64,000 bases of DNA. Origin: Pocillopora damicornis. Taxonomy: Eukaryota. The notes below the pieces were generated by a model. It worked only from the letters and a program-made list of their open reading frames with translations. It was not told where the DNA came from and searched no databases. The translations under genes were made by a program, and so were the position numbers. The stretch lies in contig NW_020846532.1 in NCBI RefSeq assembly GCF_003704095.1, forward strand, positions 372,001 to 436,000. Reading direction: 5' to 3'. Below, in pieces: positions 18,731 through 33,100 of this stretch (the first letter of the stretch is position 1; every line of letters begins with the position of its first letter).

Positions 18731-20544
18731 AATTATCCGGGCCCCAATCAGTTTGAATAATGTCGCACCGACAAGATGAAAAACAGCTATTTGTTTTCTC
18801 CTTGTTGGTTTTACCAGGTATGTGGAGCATGGACTCAACCACTGAATCTTTAAATGAGGAAAGGATTTTTTGTCCACTATCGCTAAAATTTGACTTTCCT
18901 TTGTCTTAGAAGTGCACAAACTACTTCTGCCCTTGAGTTGTCTTGCGATATTCCTCTAGTTCACAGAAACTAAATGAAATTAAACTTGTGCCAACCCAAC
19001 AACTAAAGATACGTTTTTATCGAAGACGAGGTTCTGGCCGCGCGCTATCGTCTAAGATACCGCAAATCTCGAATGTACAAAACAAAATTTTACACAAACT
19101 CGGTCAATATCGTAAATGTCTTTCAAAAGCAAATTCAATGATTACTACTTTGAGCCGGTGAAATGAACAGAAAACCTCTCATAGAATCAAGGTATGAATT
19201 TACGCGGTGATCGAACAGTGTAATTGGCACAAAGAATGCGACGCCTTTTTTCATAATCACCTATGTTCACCACGATTGAAACAGACTGGCCTTAACAGGA
19301 AAGGGTTACAACAGAGTTTTGTTCCCATGAATCAGTGCAATTTCGGAACACGATTATATTTCATGTTGGACACTTGCTGTTAACAAGAAATTTTGGAAGT
19401 CTGCTTGATCTTCTAGCCTAATGAAATCCTCACTTCCCCGTTTGTTACTTCAATTGAATAGTAGACTTCGATTTGGTGTGAGTTGATTAGTTCAAACCCA
19501 TTTTCTTGTCCGAAGATTGTCACTGTTTTGGAGTTCCCACTCTGTTCAGCTTGAGAAGAGTCGCGTACATGTACAGTAATCGAAGATTGTAATTTCGTCG
19601 CCGCAGATTCGATCAAGAATAGCCGTGTGAGGTAAGTAACCTAACGATAGAAAGTACAATGAGCAAAATCGTTTGTAAAGGTGCAACAAGGGACTTTCAC
19701 ACCAGGCAATAATAATTAAAACTTGTCACATCCGCGCTTTGTCTTTAACTCTAAGTGCAAAACTGTGTATCATCAATATCGCGTGAACCGATAGTATCGA
19801 AGATGTCGATGCGATATCAGGAAGATTAATTCCCTTCAGCGAACGGTGGCTTAGTAACAGTAACTCTGATAAATGGACACTCATTCATTAATATTATTGT
19901 AGTCAGTGTTTTCCGCAGACCGCACGACTTTTCACGCGTAACATCGCTGCTCCTTCAAGAGTGCGCACAGGTTCAGTAAATTGTGAAATTATTCAATTGA
20001 CATTACTGTTGTTATGAACTGATTATATTGTTTAACAAATAGGTGAAGTGCTATTTGTTATGAACTTCGAAATCTTTCAAAGTGGTAAGTCCTTTACTGT
20101 CTTTCTCTCGTTCATTATCATCTCGCCGTGTTGTTCTTGGCGAGGCTACGGCTTGTGTCTTTTTCTTGTTTATGGATCGTGATGAAAGTTTGTCGTCATT
20201 AAGCAAACAGTTTCCACATCAATGATTTTCAAAAGAGAAAGAAACGGAAAAAGTAAAATTTAAAACAATACATTACGTAAATATATAAATATTTTTCCAA
20301 CATGGCTGCGTCTGTTGTCTGTGAAAAAAATTGTTATGCTTTCCTTGTACGTTTTTTGTCAACGGGAGGTGTGCTGAATTAATATTTTCCAGCTTTGGGC
20401 TTTTTATAACGATAAGCTCTTAAAAGCTAAATGCAGCGCCTAAACTAATTAATCGCCAGACACACGAAACCATACTTGCCAGATGTGGAATGACACGGAT
20501 TTGTTAAAATCCCCTGTCATAATTAAATAAAAAAAGTGTCAAAA

Positions 20545-21103
20545 AATTCGCCCCTCAGACAATTCGCTCCGGTCGATTAGCCACCAATTTCTAGACAATT
20601 CGCCCCTGATGTGAAAACGCCAAAATTATTGTAGAAAACATAGTTTTTGTCACAAAGCAATTAATTCTTGAAAAAAGAAGAAAGCTCGACTACTCGAGTC
20701 GACCGAAACAAAATAGTTTATCGATAGTCAATCGCGTAAGCAGCGAAAGCGAAAATCTACAGTCGAGCGGTAATAATTTTCAAACCTCGACTACTGGGTT
20801 CAAATACTCACACGTTTCCTGGTTTATTGAAGTGTAAAACACGAAGCCTTTTCAACGTATAAAGGATTGCAGGTCACTGTAGTTAGCTCTTTTATTATAG
20901 ATACAATTGCTCAGATACGAAATAGATAAATTCGACCGCAGATAATTTTGTGTCATCCACGATAGCTACGATCGACTCGGCTGACTGGCTAGCTAGAGTA
21001 GTGGAGCTTTCCTTTCCTTTGGTAAATCAATAACTTCGGTGTTTTCGCATTGGTGGCGAATTGTCTACAAATTGGGGGCTAATTGCCCGAGGGGCGAATT
21101 GTC
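20545..21103. mobile_element. MITE with ~70-bp imperfect terminal inverted repeats built from GACAATTCGCCCC subrepeats
   Basis: Left end aattcgcccctcagacaatt...tagccaccaatttctagacaattcgcccctgatgtgaaaacgcc is the reverse complement of right end ggtgttttcgcattggtggcgaattgtctacaaattgggggctaattgcccgaggggcgaatt. Confidence 0.8.
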
Positions 21104-24100
21104 CTAATACCAAATGAAAATTGTCTGTAGTTAATTTAGTTAACTTGAATTTGGCAAACTAAAAGCAGAAAGTCTTTGCGGTTTAAGGCGGCTCCGACCA
21201 GAATGCCGAGTTGTCAATACATGCAAGAAAATATAGTTTGTGCTTTGATAGATATGTTGATATTCGGTCTTCGGTCAAATTGATAAAAGGTCAGTCATTT
21301 GTCGCTGCAGCAAGAACCATTCTATGTATGCGTATTTAAAGAGAAGCGACAAACACATAAATTTATAATAGGATGTTACGTAGCACAACATAAATTACTT
21401 ATTCGCATGGAACTTCCTGCCACTTACATCTTGACCTTTTCCCCTCTTCCCCCGCACAAGGAACAAAGCGAGCTGAATCTTCTCAGATCAAGGTTATCTC
21501 AATTCTTAATCCACATACGATTGAATTGATTAGAGAACACAAGTCATATTTAAACAGGAATACACGGAGAAAAATGAGTTTAAGTGCGAGTGAAGTCGCT
21601 CGAAAAGTAAGCGAATTTTGGTGGATAAAACTGTAAGATATTCTAACATCGTTCCGGTTTGAGCATTCGTGACCAATTCTCTACCGTGACCAATGCGTGT
21701 TCCCTCTTGGGGGTCTTCTACCAGTCGTTTCCGAAACAACGCAACACAGATTACAAAGGTTGCCTCTGTCAGTGCTTGTTGTGTGGATTGGAGACAGTTA
21801 AGGGTTTCCTTGCCGCTCAAGTAAGTAGCTACTCATATTCAGATGTGTCGTGTCGGAAGGAAAGAAAAAAATTAATGGAAATTCGGCTTGCGCCACCAGT
21901 AATACATTGTTATTGTTGCTGTGTTTTCTTGCAATTCATTGTGCCATGTGATATTGCTCGTTCACCTTAACAAACTCCATGATGAATTCGCTAGTGATTA
22001 TATCTTGTGAACGGAAGCAAACAGTTGACGCAATTTTGGTTCTGTTGAAATTTGTGTTTGTCAGCGCCAATGTGACAAAACTGGTTAACGTTCAAGTTCG
22101 CTTGAAACCTCGTGTACGGTCCTTGATTCGTTTGAGGTCCATTGAATTCGTCGGCAAACGCCTTTATGTAAGGATTTTTGGTTTTCGATTGCATTTGCTA
22201 TGTTTCCGCTCCGAAATTTGCCAGAAAATGGGAAGATTTACGAAGTATTAAATATTTAAATTCATACAAATATCAAGATCGTCGAGAAAGTACATGTTAT
22301 CCTAGTGACGGCCAACTGTGTAGCCTTTCAACTAGACCGAACTAAGATAAACTGACGCTTTGATGGTTACCAGCCTTCGTTGAAATTCTGATGACGTTGA
22401 AGTACTTATGAAATACTTATGACGGCTGATTGTAGAGTCTTCGACTAGACTAGATCCAGATTAACTGAAACTGTGACGGTCGTCAGTATTCGTTCGGCAC
22501 TGAGTCACCTCCCAGCAGGTGTTTGGTAGTTTTAAATTTTTCAATCTCTTTTTAAAAGCAGCAAGATAACAAGACAAAGTATATGCAATTTCTTGCGGTC
22601 AAAGTCGATTCCTTCCACAACGCGCAAATTTACTAGTTTGAAACTTCTGCGTCCATATTCTTAAATCAACTCTAATATTTCGTTATATTGCTCTTCTTTG
22701 TTTACTTGGCGTTAATTTATAAATTCTTACGATCTGCTAAGTTTTAATCTCCGAATAACGACGTATTATTAGAAAGGAAGTCATTGAAATAATACACCGA
22801 AGATGTCCTCTTGTACAGCCAGATTTAGACAGGATAATCGCAAACCGTGAGCAAAACCTGTTTAAAATATCTCGGAAAATTGCCCTTCGGTCCTTAGATA
22901 CCGCTTTATAACAATTTTTTTTTTTTTTTTTTTTTGGGGGGGGGGGGGGGGCGTTCAATAGACCTAAGCAGTTATGCTTTCCTATCTCATCCATTTTGAT
23001 ATCGTTCACGGATTTATAAGAGCAGTTTCGAAAAGAAAAATGATGAAAGTGCGACGTCCGTTTAACATGACCCAGAGAAGCTTTCACTTCGAAGTGAATG
23101 GACACTTGAATAGAGTGAGGAGGATTCTAGTCGAGAGACAATTTACGGCGAAAAAGTCTCGACATACAAGGCTTTAAAAAAATCTTAATAATTGAATTAA
23201 ATAAATAGTAATTATGATTAAGAACTTGCTACATGAAATAAGCCGATGAATTGATCCAATAGTCAGCTAACAAACAATGATGATAGATATTAGTGAATCA
23301 GAAACGATTAAGATGGGTTCGATTAATGCAAGCGTAGTTTAAGATCGGTTTGCAGTTCGATCAAAATGATGGTAGAAGATTTGTTGAGTACGTGACAATC
23401 ATAGACAGCCTAACGGGGTAGTGAGAACTCCAGGCAATTTGATCATCAGCTTAATTAAGAAAGGTGACGTGAAGAGCGTTTGAGTCGAGAAGCTTTTAAA
23501 CCCACAATTTCTTGTGCAAAATGAAGTACATAACATAACAAAACACAAGCTCTCATTCGTAATGTTAGTTACACAGCGAGACATGTAAAATTTGCACATA
23601 ACTATAGAAATATAAGGGAACAAAAAAAAGGCATTTTTAAAGGGAAGATTGTTGTTTATGCCTCGGCGACAGCACTTCATCGAACCATATCACGATTCTT
23701 GCAACTTTATACACCAGCAGATTTAAATAACTTTATTTAAGCAATTGCAATATGAGCCAGTCTTTCCTATCTTCAGCCATAGTCGTTTTGTGTCAATCAT
23801 TCCTCTTATTCAGGTGTCTATCGTTAATATGAAAATGAAATTTTGTGGTTTTCCTCTTTTTGAGACTGAAGCATGGCAACGAGACCACTTTGTTTTGTTG
23901 CCACATCAGTTTTCTGTTCCTCGTGCAATACTGAAATTTTGTTTGAACTTCCGTTCAGCATAAGTGTTCCATGTTATCGTTAAAGTTAATCATCCCTGTT
24001 AGCTATGAGTTCCACTACGGCTTTCAATTATTTAAATCACTGCCACTTGAGAAATATTGTTTCAATCAGGCTTAATGGATCGCATTGTGATCAAAAAAAG

Positions 24101-27100
24101 TTTAAAATATAAAAGACAAGGTACTTGAGTAAACAACGTCTATTAGACACGAGCTCCAAATGACTGATGATTTGTAAATTAACTCGAAATATTTATCGGA
24201 TTCCACATTAATCTTTCAAGGTTTTGTTTCATGTTGTGCGAATTCTTTTTGTTTATCCGCTCTTTTAAGCTGTGTTTTTTTTATTCCCATACGAATTTTA
24301 ATGAATTAAAAATGTGTGTCATACAACATTTTTTTATGCAGCTGAGAGCGAGTCACGATTTACGTAAGTGATGAAACTGAAGCATACGTTATATAATGTA
24401 ATGAAAGATAGATAATTTGTGTTTTTTAAAGTGTTGGCGTGTCTTCACCTTTGACGCAATCGAACGTGACCGGATTCGTGAACTTTTGACTTGTACGTCT
24501 TCACATGGTGCGTTTTTCGGAAAGGTCGGCCCGAAGGAATAAAATAAATTCATGTCAATTTGAGTCTTGGCCGCTTGCGCTTGACTAGTTTGACTTTGAA
24601 TGCGCAAATCGCATTGTATTAACCATCAACAGCCTGAGATGCCCTAAAATTCCCTTCTTTTTACGAAAAAATGTCGTGGATAGAGGTTTCTAGATCTCTT
24701 GTTAAGAGAATAAAAACATTTTTGTCGTAACTCGTTGTTGACACAATCCTAATGTAAACAAAGGGGCTAAAACGCCGCCTACTTACGGTCAATTACAGGC
24801 AGGGGTCGCACTGTGGCCTTCTGTATTTACTGTCTTTACGTCTCCAATATGACATTTTAAGACTTTCAACACTATAATAAGTAAATCCCATTTCGTTTCG
24901 CTCTTTTTCTTCCTCTTACGGTTAATTGTTTTAATAAACTCACTCTCAGGTGTCTGTAAAAATCTCAGACAGTCTTGCAAACAGGAAATGCCCAGCAAGT
25001 TTACCTCAGTAAACATTTCCACGGAGTAATTCTGTCTAAGATCGATTATAGACAGCAGAAAAAGCGTCAATTTTTCCAAATTTTCAGGGCTTTAATGAAG
25101 TTTGAAAGAAGAAGGCAAATAATACGGAATGAAGAGAGGTTACAACCACGTTATCGTGGATACGACACTGTATGTTGTTTCGTCAAATTTCATCCAAGAC
25201 TGAGCCGGATAATTCAGTTGATGAACCTCGCATGAAGCCGCTTGAGAAAGTTCTGAACGTGCGATCGATTTACACATCTAAACCTGCTAATAGTAAATTT
25301 TGCATTCAATTCTACTCAAAACTGAGAAATGGCTGCTCTACCATGTGTACAAATTCCTTCAATCATGTTTCAATAATTTTACGCTATTTCGTCAGCAGCT
25401 ACGGTAGAAAAAGGAGCCGACCAAAGATGGCAGATTAGCCGGCGTTTTCGGTCAGCTAAGTGCAATACACGAGCGAAGGATGACCGAGACCTCGCCTAAA
25501 AAAAATAAAAAAAAGAAAATGAGGCCTGTTGTGCAGGCTAGTTCGATTGTGTACAAGGCGCCGTCATTTCTTCAGACCTCGAACAAATACCAACACTTTG
25601 AAAAAAAACTTCCGACAGCTTTTTCTTATTTTTGCATACATTCTTAACATCGTCGTGCTATTAACAGGTAAATGCAGCTCCACTTACGGTCTGGTAACGA
25701 CGCGTTTTCCAGCACATCAGCAGGTTATTAACTTAACCCGTTGTCAAGGAAACCTAACAAAAAAATTTTTGTCGACACAAAAAGGTGATAAGAAGAGGGT
25801 GAAATATAAAAGAAGGGATATTGTTTGATCTTTGTTCAAATTTTATGAGGTGATATCAGAACGAGTATCCGGCAGAATCATGTCAGATCTTGGAGGGTTT
25901 CACTATATTTAGCCCAGTGAACCGGGATGATTCGGTTTCTTATGTCCTATCTTACCTTATCCAAAAACAAACAATCGAATAAACAAAAATAATGTGTTCG
26001 AAAGAGGGGGCGGTTTGGCGCGACAAGGGTAGAAATTCTCCCAAATCAAGGCATCTAACTAAAAAATTTGGCGGAATTGTTCACTTCTGTGGCAGTGCTG
26101 AAATTTCCCATATGTTCCAAAAGAAGGAAAAATAAATACTGTCAAACTGGCAATATTGGTTAACTGTCTCGTATGATTAAGAAACAAGAGCACGCATTGA
26201 AAATAAATATGCACGAACAGTAAACATTGATTCGTGCTCGCAAAGCATCTGTGTGAGCATCATGTTATGATGCCTTACGGCTTCTATGCAGGTTTTGAGC
26301 TCAACTTCCATCTAACTGCAAAATCAACTGGTCATATATCTTGATGGTAAAGCATTTAATCAATCACTCGGCTCCGATGTGTGATGAACAAACTTTTCTC
26401 GTGTTCTTCCAGCATCCCACGTGGGTAATTACGCCGGTAAACCGATAAAAAGAGAGGTCTACTGCATTTATAAAATGTGCTGAAAACAAAACACAGTTTT
26501 GCATAGCAGGCGTAATTTTGGCGAGCGAGTGCTTAGGATTTTCTTCGTGAAAATTATGGTCACCATCTTTTATTTTAATGACAGCGGAAGGCTGGGGAGA
26601 GAAAGAAATTTGTACCAAGGGGGGGGGGGGGGGGGGTCCGACGGTCAAAAATAAGACCGGTTGAATAAATGATTTGCGAACTCGCCCTTTCAAGACGCCC
26701 ATGGTCTTACAAGTGCAACGAGAGATAGTTTTTTATCAATCAGAGCAGTCGTAGTATCTCACTTTTTTTGTACTGATAGATATATCTCAACTGTTTACCG
26801 AGAGTCAGTTCTTTCAAGGTGAACTGGCGGTAATTTTACAGTTGCACAGTACGTTAAAGCTCCAATTAATGTAAGATACTTTTCCATTAAGAAAAAAATT
26901 TTGAAGGTGAAAGATGACGCTTTCATTGCCGGGTGCATTCTTTGTTAAAACATAAAAAAAAAAAAATAGTTTTCTGCCCTGAAGCAATTTGTACCTAACA
27001 AGCAATGAGCTCCTGACCTAGATCAATTTAATGGCCCAGCTAGTGTTCACGAATCTTTCATATCTGAATGGGAGGGCATTAAAAGTACACATTGGAAGGT

Positions 27101-30100
27101 CATTTGTTCGATTTTCCCATCGGAGTTCTCAGAATTTTTTTTTTGTTTTCTAGTAATATTTTTGATCACTTTCATCATATCACTTTCATCATCGGGCTTA
27201 AAAATTTCTATCTTCTTTTCCGTCGTTTCAATATGTTTGCATTCGATCACTTAAGGACACTTTTCATAAACTTTTGGCACTTTTATGAAACCTTATACTT
27301 GCTTTGAAACCTCTCTGACGCCTTGCTATCACTCATAAATGGTGATTTCAGTTTTTTACAGAATTTATTAGCGCTCCTCACATTTCTTCTGGTCGAATAT
27401 CTGCCACCTGCACTCAATCATTAATTGACGCTTAAGAAAAGCTTGGGAAAATCTACGAGACCCCTTTTAATCTCTGATTTTTACTCCTTTCTCACATGCG
27501 TGGAGAATTTTCTTAAACAAAGTGGTAATCACAAAATAACGCGTGAATTCTTTTTTAATGTTTTAATGTTACCGTGTCATTTATTCACCATTGACATCAC
27601 GTGATTTTTAATTCGAACACAGGTGCAAAGTTATGAATGAGTGGGTTTTACATGAAATCGTGTACATGCAAATTCATTTTACCGCAATTTGATGAGTTTC
27701 AAACACTCTTGGTTGAGCATGCACTAGAACCGTTCTAGTGCAATCTCTTGAATGCCAACAACTGCTCAAACTGTCAGGTTACTTGTCGATGAGTTCGTTT
27801 GACTAAATAGCTGTTTAAAGGGACTGAAAGAAAATGAGCTCCGCTTTTGCTACATCGACGCCAAGAACGTTGGTTTGGCATGATTTTTTTTACCTGTGGT
27901 TGTCAACTTAAAAGGGTAAGATGGTTTTTTTTTCAAGATTTGTAATTATGTGTGTGTGATCAACTAGACCGACGCTAGTGCACTACCGCGATCGGAGCAC
28001 CTTTGATGTGAAACAAGACCTCTAGGACTCGGCTAGTCTTTCGCGGGATGCTTAAGCTAATTGAAAATAAAGCTATCAAGAAGCTTCACTTCCGAAACAT
28101 GAGGCGTTTCTCTCTTCATGTTTTCCACGGACACAATTTTTTAGCAAGGAAGCAAGGAGCTCCATTGACGATAAGAATGATCTTTTACTGAAAGTAGTTA
28201 AATACGACCATCTGAGGGCTGTGAATATTTGGTCGTACTAAAGCGCCGAAGGTGACTGAACGACCCGTAGGTTCTTAAATTATGGAAAGTGACGGATTTT
28301 CTGTCGCTCTGGGAAACCCTGAAAAAAATAAAAAGTTCTCAAAATTTTTTTGGAGCTGGAGACACTGATGTCTGACAGGGGTCATATTTGCAAGAGTTTT
28401 TATTTTCTTCAAAAAGCTTTGATGTATTTTTACGACCGTCTGCGAAGTCTGAGTCAAGAACAAAATTTCGTGGAAGCGGTATCTTTCTCATCAATAAATA
28501 GTTTACTAAATACGCAGATCTGAGCTTTTTTTTTCCAAATTTTGTCCAATCCCAATTGCTATTAATCTTTAGAAGCAACAGACTTACGCGATAGGGTTTA
28601 AAACCGACTGTGAAAAAATAACCTGTGTTTTGGTCATTCATTGTTCGTTTTAAATTAATAAAACCTAAATATTGGTCAGATGGTTCGTTACTAAGTAAAA
28701 ATGGTAATAATTAAATGCGGACAAAAACAAAGAGTCCTTAAGGTTTTATATCATATGTGTACTAAGCTGTTAGACGGGTTTTTGGCGTTCCGCTTTGAGT
28801 GTACTCAGCTTACACAAGATAATCGTATGATTTTTTTAAAAGAAATACTATGCATTTCTATATGGAACATCTTTTATTAAAAAAACGGAAAGAAGTTGTC
28901 ATATTTTTGGCAGTTTCACGAAGCGTATGAAGTATACATTTTCGTTAATGTATTTTAGTCTCTTGATCTGCTGTTGAAAATATCTATACGTCTCGCCGAA
29001 TCTAGCGACATTTCGGCAGGCGAGCGGGCTGCACTACAAGTTTTGAACCTTGGAAAATTGGAGGCATTTGAATCCCCTTGGATACATTACTGAAACTACA
29101 GAGGTCTGAAAACATCTTATTTTAGGTCGTAACTTCATTCAAGCGAAAATTGTGGGAATTTTATTTGCTTCACTGTAGTGGTAATTTGCTTTCAATCTCC
29201 TTACTCTTTTGTGTAACTTTCGTAAGCGGTCTTGGTGAATTAGAAAGTGGAGGATGTAGTTAAGTCTCTTACCTTCCCAAGCAAGAAATCGTTTCCACAG
29301 TAAGTTTACATATGAGAGAAGCCAAGATAGATTTTCAATAGTAAGAGCAGGCGATATTACTGTCCGTCGATACGATGTTTATTTTTTTTTTCTGTAAAAT
29401 GATTTTTCTAGCCATTTATGAATTTATTTATTTTTTCAAGCTTCGTTTTAGTCACGCCGCTTAAAAACTGCAAACCATTACCAAGAGAACACGATATTCT
29501 CTTGTCGTTACTAGAAAGCTTCATTTTCCATCGTTTGATAGAAACGCCATACTTGCGAACTCTTCTTTACTTCTTTCCAGTTTCCCACGGTTCTACCAGG
29601 AAAGTTCAAATCGCTTTGGTTCGACTGACTTTCTAATCCACTCGTAAATTTTCACCGAGCGGCTCTTAGATGTAACTTTATGGTTAGCTTGGTCCATGTC
29701 CGGATACGCTGGTAATTGAGAACGAGTATGTAATTACAGACTTAATTGCATGCTATTTAGCGGTAAGAATTTTAGTTCCGGTCAGGAAACTTGGCCTTTC
29801 ATTGACACAATCGATAAAGAAGTCGAAATGCTCACGACTAATACTTAGGCTCATCCTTTTTCTAATCACTGCCCTTTTTATAACATCTTTTACCTTTCGA
29901 TCGATTACTGCTATAATTGATCTATAGGGATGATGAAATAATCGAAGATAATTACTGAAAGGGAAACATATTACCTGAATGTAAGAAGATGTCCAGGGAT
30001 GGAAATTACCACAGTGGTGAGAACTAAATCTCGTTAAAATATTTCAACAACAGCATCGGTTTCATTCGTGGCCCTTTGACACCAAGGGGTCACCAAGGGT

Positions 30101-33100
30101 GAATTTCTCTTTACAAAGTTGATAAAATTTCCAGGCAGAGAAGGAATATGTTCTAATTCAGCATCAAATTCTTAGAGTTTGAATTCCATAAAAGTACTGC
30201 AGAGACAGTGGAAAATTGTTATTTATATCGCAGGAGTGAAATTATTCACAAGTTTTTTCACTCTCTCTAATTACACTGTGTACCAACGAAGTGGGATTAT
30301 TGCATATTTTCGCTTGCACTCATTTATAAGGTTGTTGAATCGAGCCGAAGCTGGGACGTTAATTACTCAGGAGCAGCCTTGTCTTTCATTATACCGGAGA
30401 CGAGAGAATATTTTAAATTAAAGCATTCCCTCACAATCTGGACAGAAAGTTGTTAAGTGTGGGAAATTATCAGGATTTTGTCACCGCTTTTTTTAGTGTG
30501 CGTTGAACATGTTTTGCCATTTTCAAATCATTTTGGAAAATATCTCGCTTTCCTTTTCGTGCAAAGGATATCTTATTTATTTACTTTTAATTATTCCGTT
30601 CGAGTTCTTTTAATTTGCTTGTGGTTACATTTAGAAAAACCGGTGTTTTTCGACCTTTTTTTTTCGTTACCGCAGTTAGTGAGCCGAGACGAAGTTTTCC
30701 CTGTGTGTTTCCCAAGAGTTCGAATGTAAAGTGGATGACTGATTAAATCAGTTTTGTTGCTAAAGAAGAAAAGTGTGCAGTTCGGGAGCGGAAAAAATAC
30801 TTATATTACCGTGAGCTGCAAATTATCTCGTAAGTATCCAAAAACTCCAAAATGTCTTTGTATTATATCATGTGTAGTTCACCAGGGGGTATACATATCA
30901 TTTCGTTATTTCTTACGTGGTAATACGTTAAAATGATTTGCAACATTTGCTTGGAAGGTAGAATGTTTGTTAAAAGTTTCTTTTTTTTTTTCAATCCGCA
31001 CGTTACCAAAAGATGTCATCCATGCCAGATGGTTTTATGTAATAAAGTGCCACGTTCTTGCGATCATACCATTTCACTAAAACAAAAGGGATTTGTTCGA
31101 AAATTCGGTAAGCAAGAGGTTTGAATTTGAATTTAGATTCAATCCAAATAATAACAATTATTATAACAATCATAAAATAGATGGTTAGTTCTCGCACCGA
31201 ATATATTTTTTTTTTTTTGCCCCTGCGAAAAGTTTGTTTGTTAGGAAAAAAACTTAATTAACATGTTTCATATTCATTCAGGTAGAAATAACTCGATGTG
31301 CAATAAAATATAATTTCCTATAGACTTAACAAGGTGAAGGTGCGGTCATCACGTATTTTATAGCTAACATTATCACCACATTAAAAACTAACGCTTAAAA
31401 ATCGTCTAAAAACATGTCTGAAGACTGTGAGTACGTAACTTGACCTTTGTGAGTGGCAAACAAACCCTCCGAACACTCCCGATAAAACTTCGGATAAAAA
31501 GGGAGGCGGGACTTAAAAAGACAGAATCCTGCAGCGCGTTAACATGGTAATAATGATAAGTAACAATGACGATAATGTTGGTAAAATTCTAACAAGAGCA
31601 CAAAGCTCCATTTCATTTCTCTTTCAAAATGACTCCTTTTTTAGTATTATTTTATGTACTATTTCCGTCAAGGCAACACCGACCCGTGAACTAGCTTCAT
31701 TGAATAAAAAAGTATTCTGATTTAAGCAAAAGAGTACTTTTCCCTTGTTTACATAGCCACATCTAAACACGTTGAAAGAAATCGAGAAAGTTATGCAAAT
31801 CTGAGAGGGTAAAGATTGAATTGAAGTTTAATTGAAATTACATTTAAAATTTAAGATAACTGCACGAGTTCATCCACTTGCACATACCTTACTAACAGTA
31901 ATTGATGCAAGAAAAATAAGCAAAAGGAATAATATAAGCTTGGTTAATTTGAAGTGTTTTAAGAGCTCATTTTGGAGCGAAAAGGACGAAACGAACGAAA
32001 CGAGAACCTTGATCTCGGAGTCGTGCCAAAAAATTTCTTTTTCCGTTTGAAAGCAGCACTTCGTAGCTCATAACGAGATAGAATCGCTCAATTCATAAGG
32101 CGTTTTACGAGAACAATTGATAAAATTGAATTTCCATACCAATAAAATTTTATCGTTCGTTTAAGGCAAGATAAAACAAAATAGATATCCTAACCATCAA
32201 CACGAACAAATTCCAGGCATAAAGCGTTAGAGATGATGTTAAACATACATCAAATCTCCACCGAAAGACTCGTTGAAGTTCGCAGTAAATTAGTCATGTA
32301 TTCAGTGAATGTTTGGTTATTTGTTGTAATGTTTGATTATTTTAACGACGTTACATTCAGTGACGTTCGTCTGTCTTTGTTTTGCGAATGCTGATTAACG
32401 GCCATCTATGCAGATGAAAATTATCTGTGTTGTGTTGTCAGAAAGCTGTTTTACTTTCTGTTCCACCGGCTCAGTTTGTAGCGTTGCGTTATATAAATGT
32501 TGGAGGCTTTACATATAGCGGTCAAAGATTAATGGTAAGTCTATTTATCCAGATCATGCTTTTTTACGTGGATTATTTCTAATCTTTTTTATAGTAATAA
32601 TGTGGTCGGTGCAATTCCGTATTCTCGATTTGTATGACATGAACTCTCTTAGCAAATAACCTTTTTAAAGCCGTTATTTGATTGCAATCAGTTGTTTGAT
32701 AGCACATATAGTTATGTTAAGCCATATATTACCGAATATTACGGTAAAAGCTTCCTACATTTACTGTCTTCGTGAAAAACGACACTTGTTAAAATTTCTG
32801 CGTTTAAATGTAAATAGTGCCGAAGCATATTCCCACAGATACCCTTTTTTGTTTTAGTTGATTTTTCCCTCTTCAGGTTGATTAAAACAGATGAAGTAAC
32901 TTTTGCTCGATTGTTTTCACGTTCTATGGTAGTCAAATATCAAGACCTGTTCGTGTGGAGACAATCTCTTGCTTATTTGCATATCGTTTTGACTTAGTAT
33001 GGTTACCATGTAAATCATTGATAAATGTTGCCAAAGCGTCTTCCGAACAATCTGCGTACAAAGATCAAATGCTTAACCATAAAGTATTTTATCCTCACGC

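Noticed and set aside
18452-18919. Hydrophobic Phe/Leu-rich ORFs
   Set aside because: Produced by the purine-rich low-complexity tract on the opposite strand.
21558-21820. Small secreted-peptide (ligand) gene in the intergenic candidate exons
   Set aside because: No signal peptide, and the splice combinations I tried end in early stops (e.g. MNFEIFQSGIHGEK*).
22388-22420. Additional CTGATGA...GAAA hammerhead-like strings (also near 24163)
   Set aside because: No base-paired stem II between the boxes and no plausible stems I or III.
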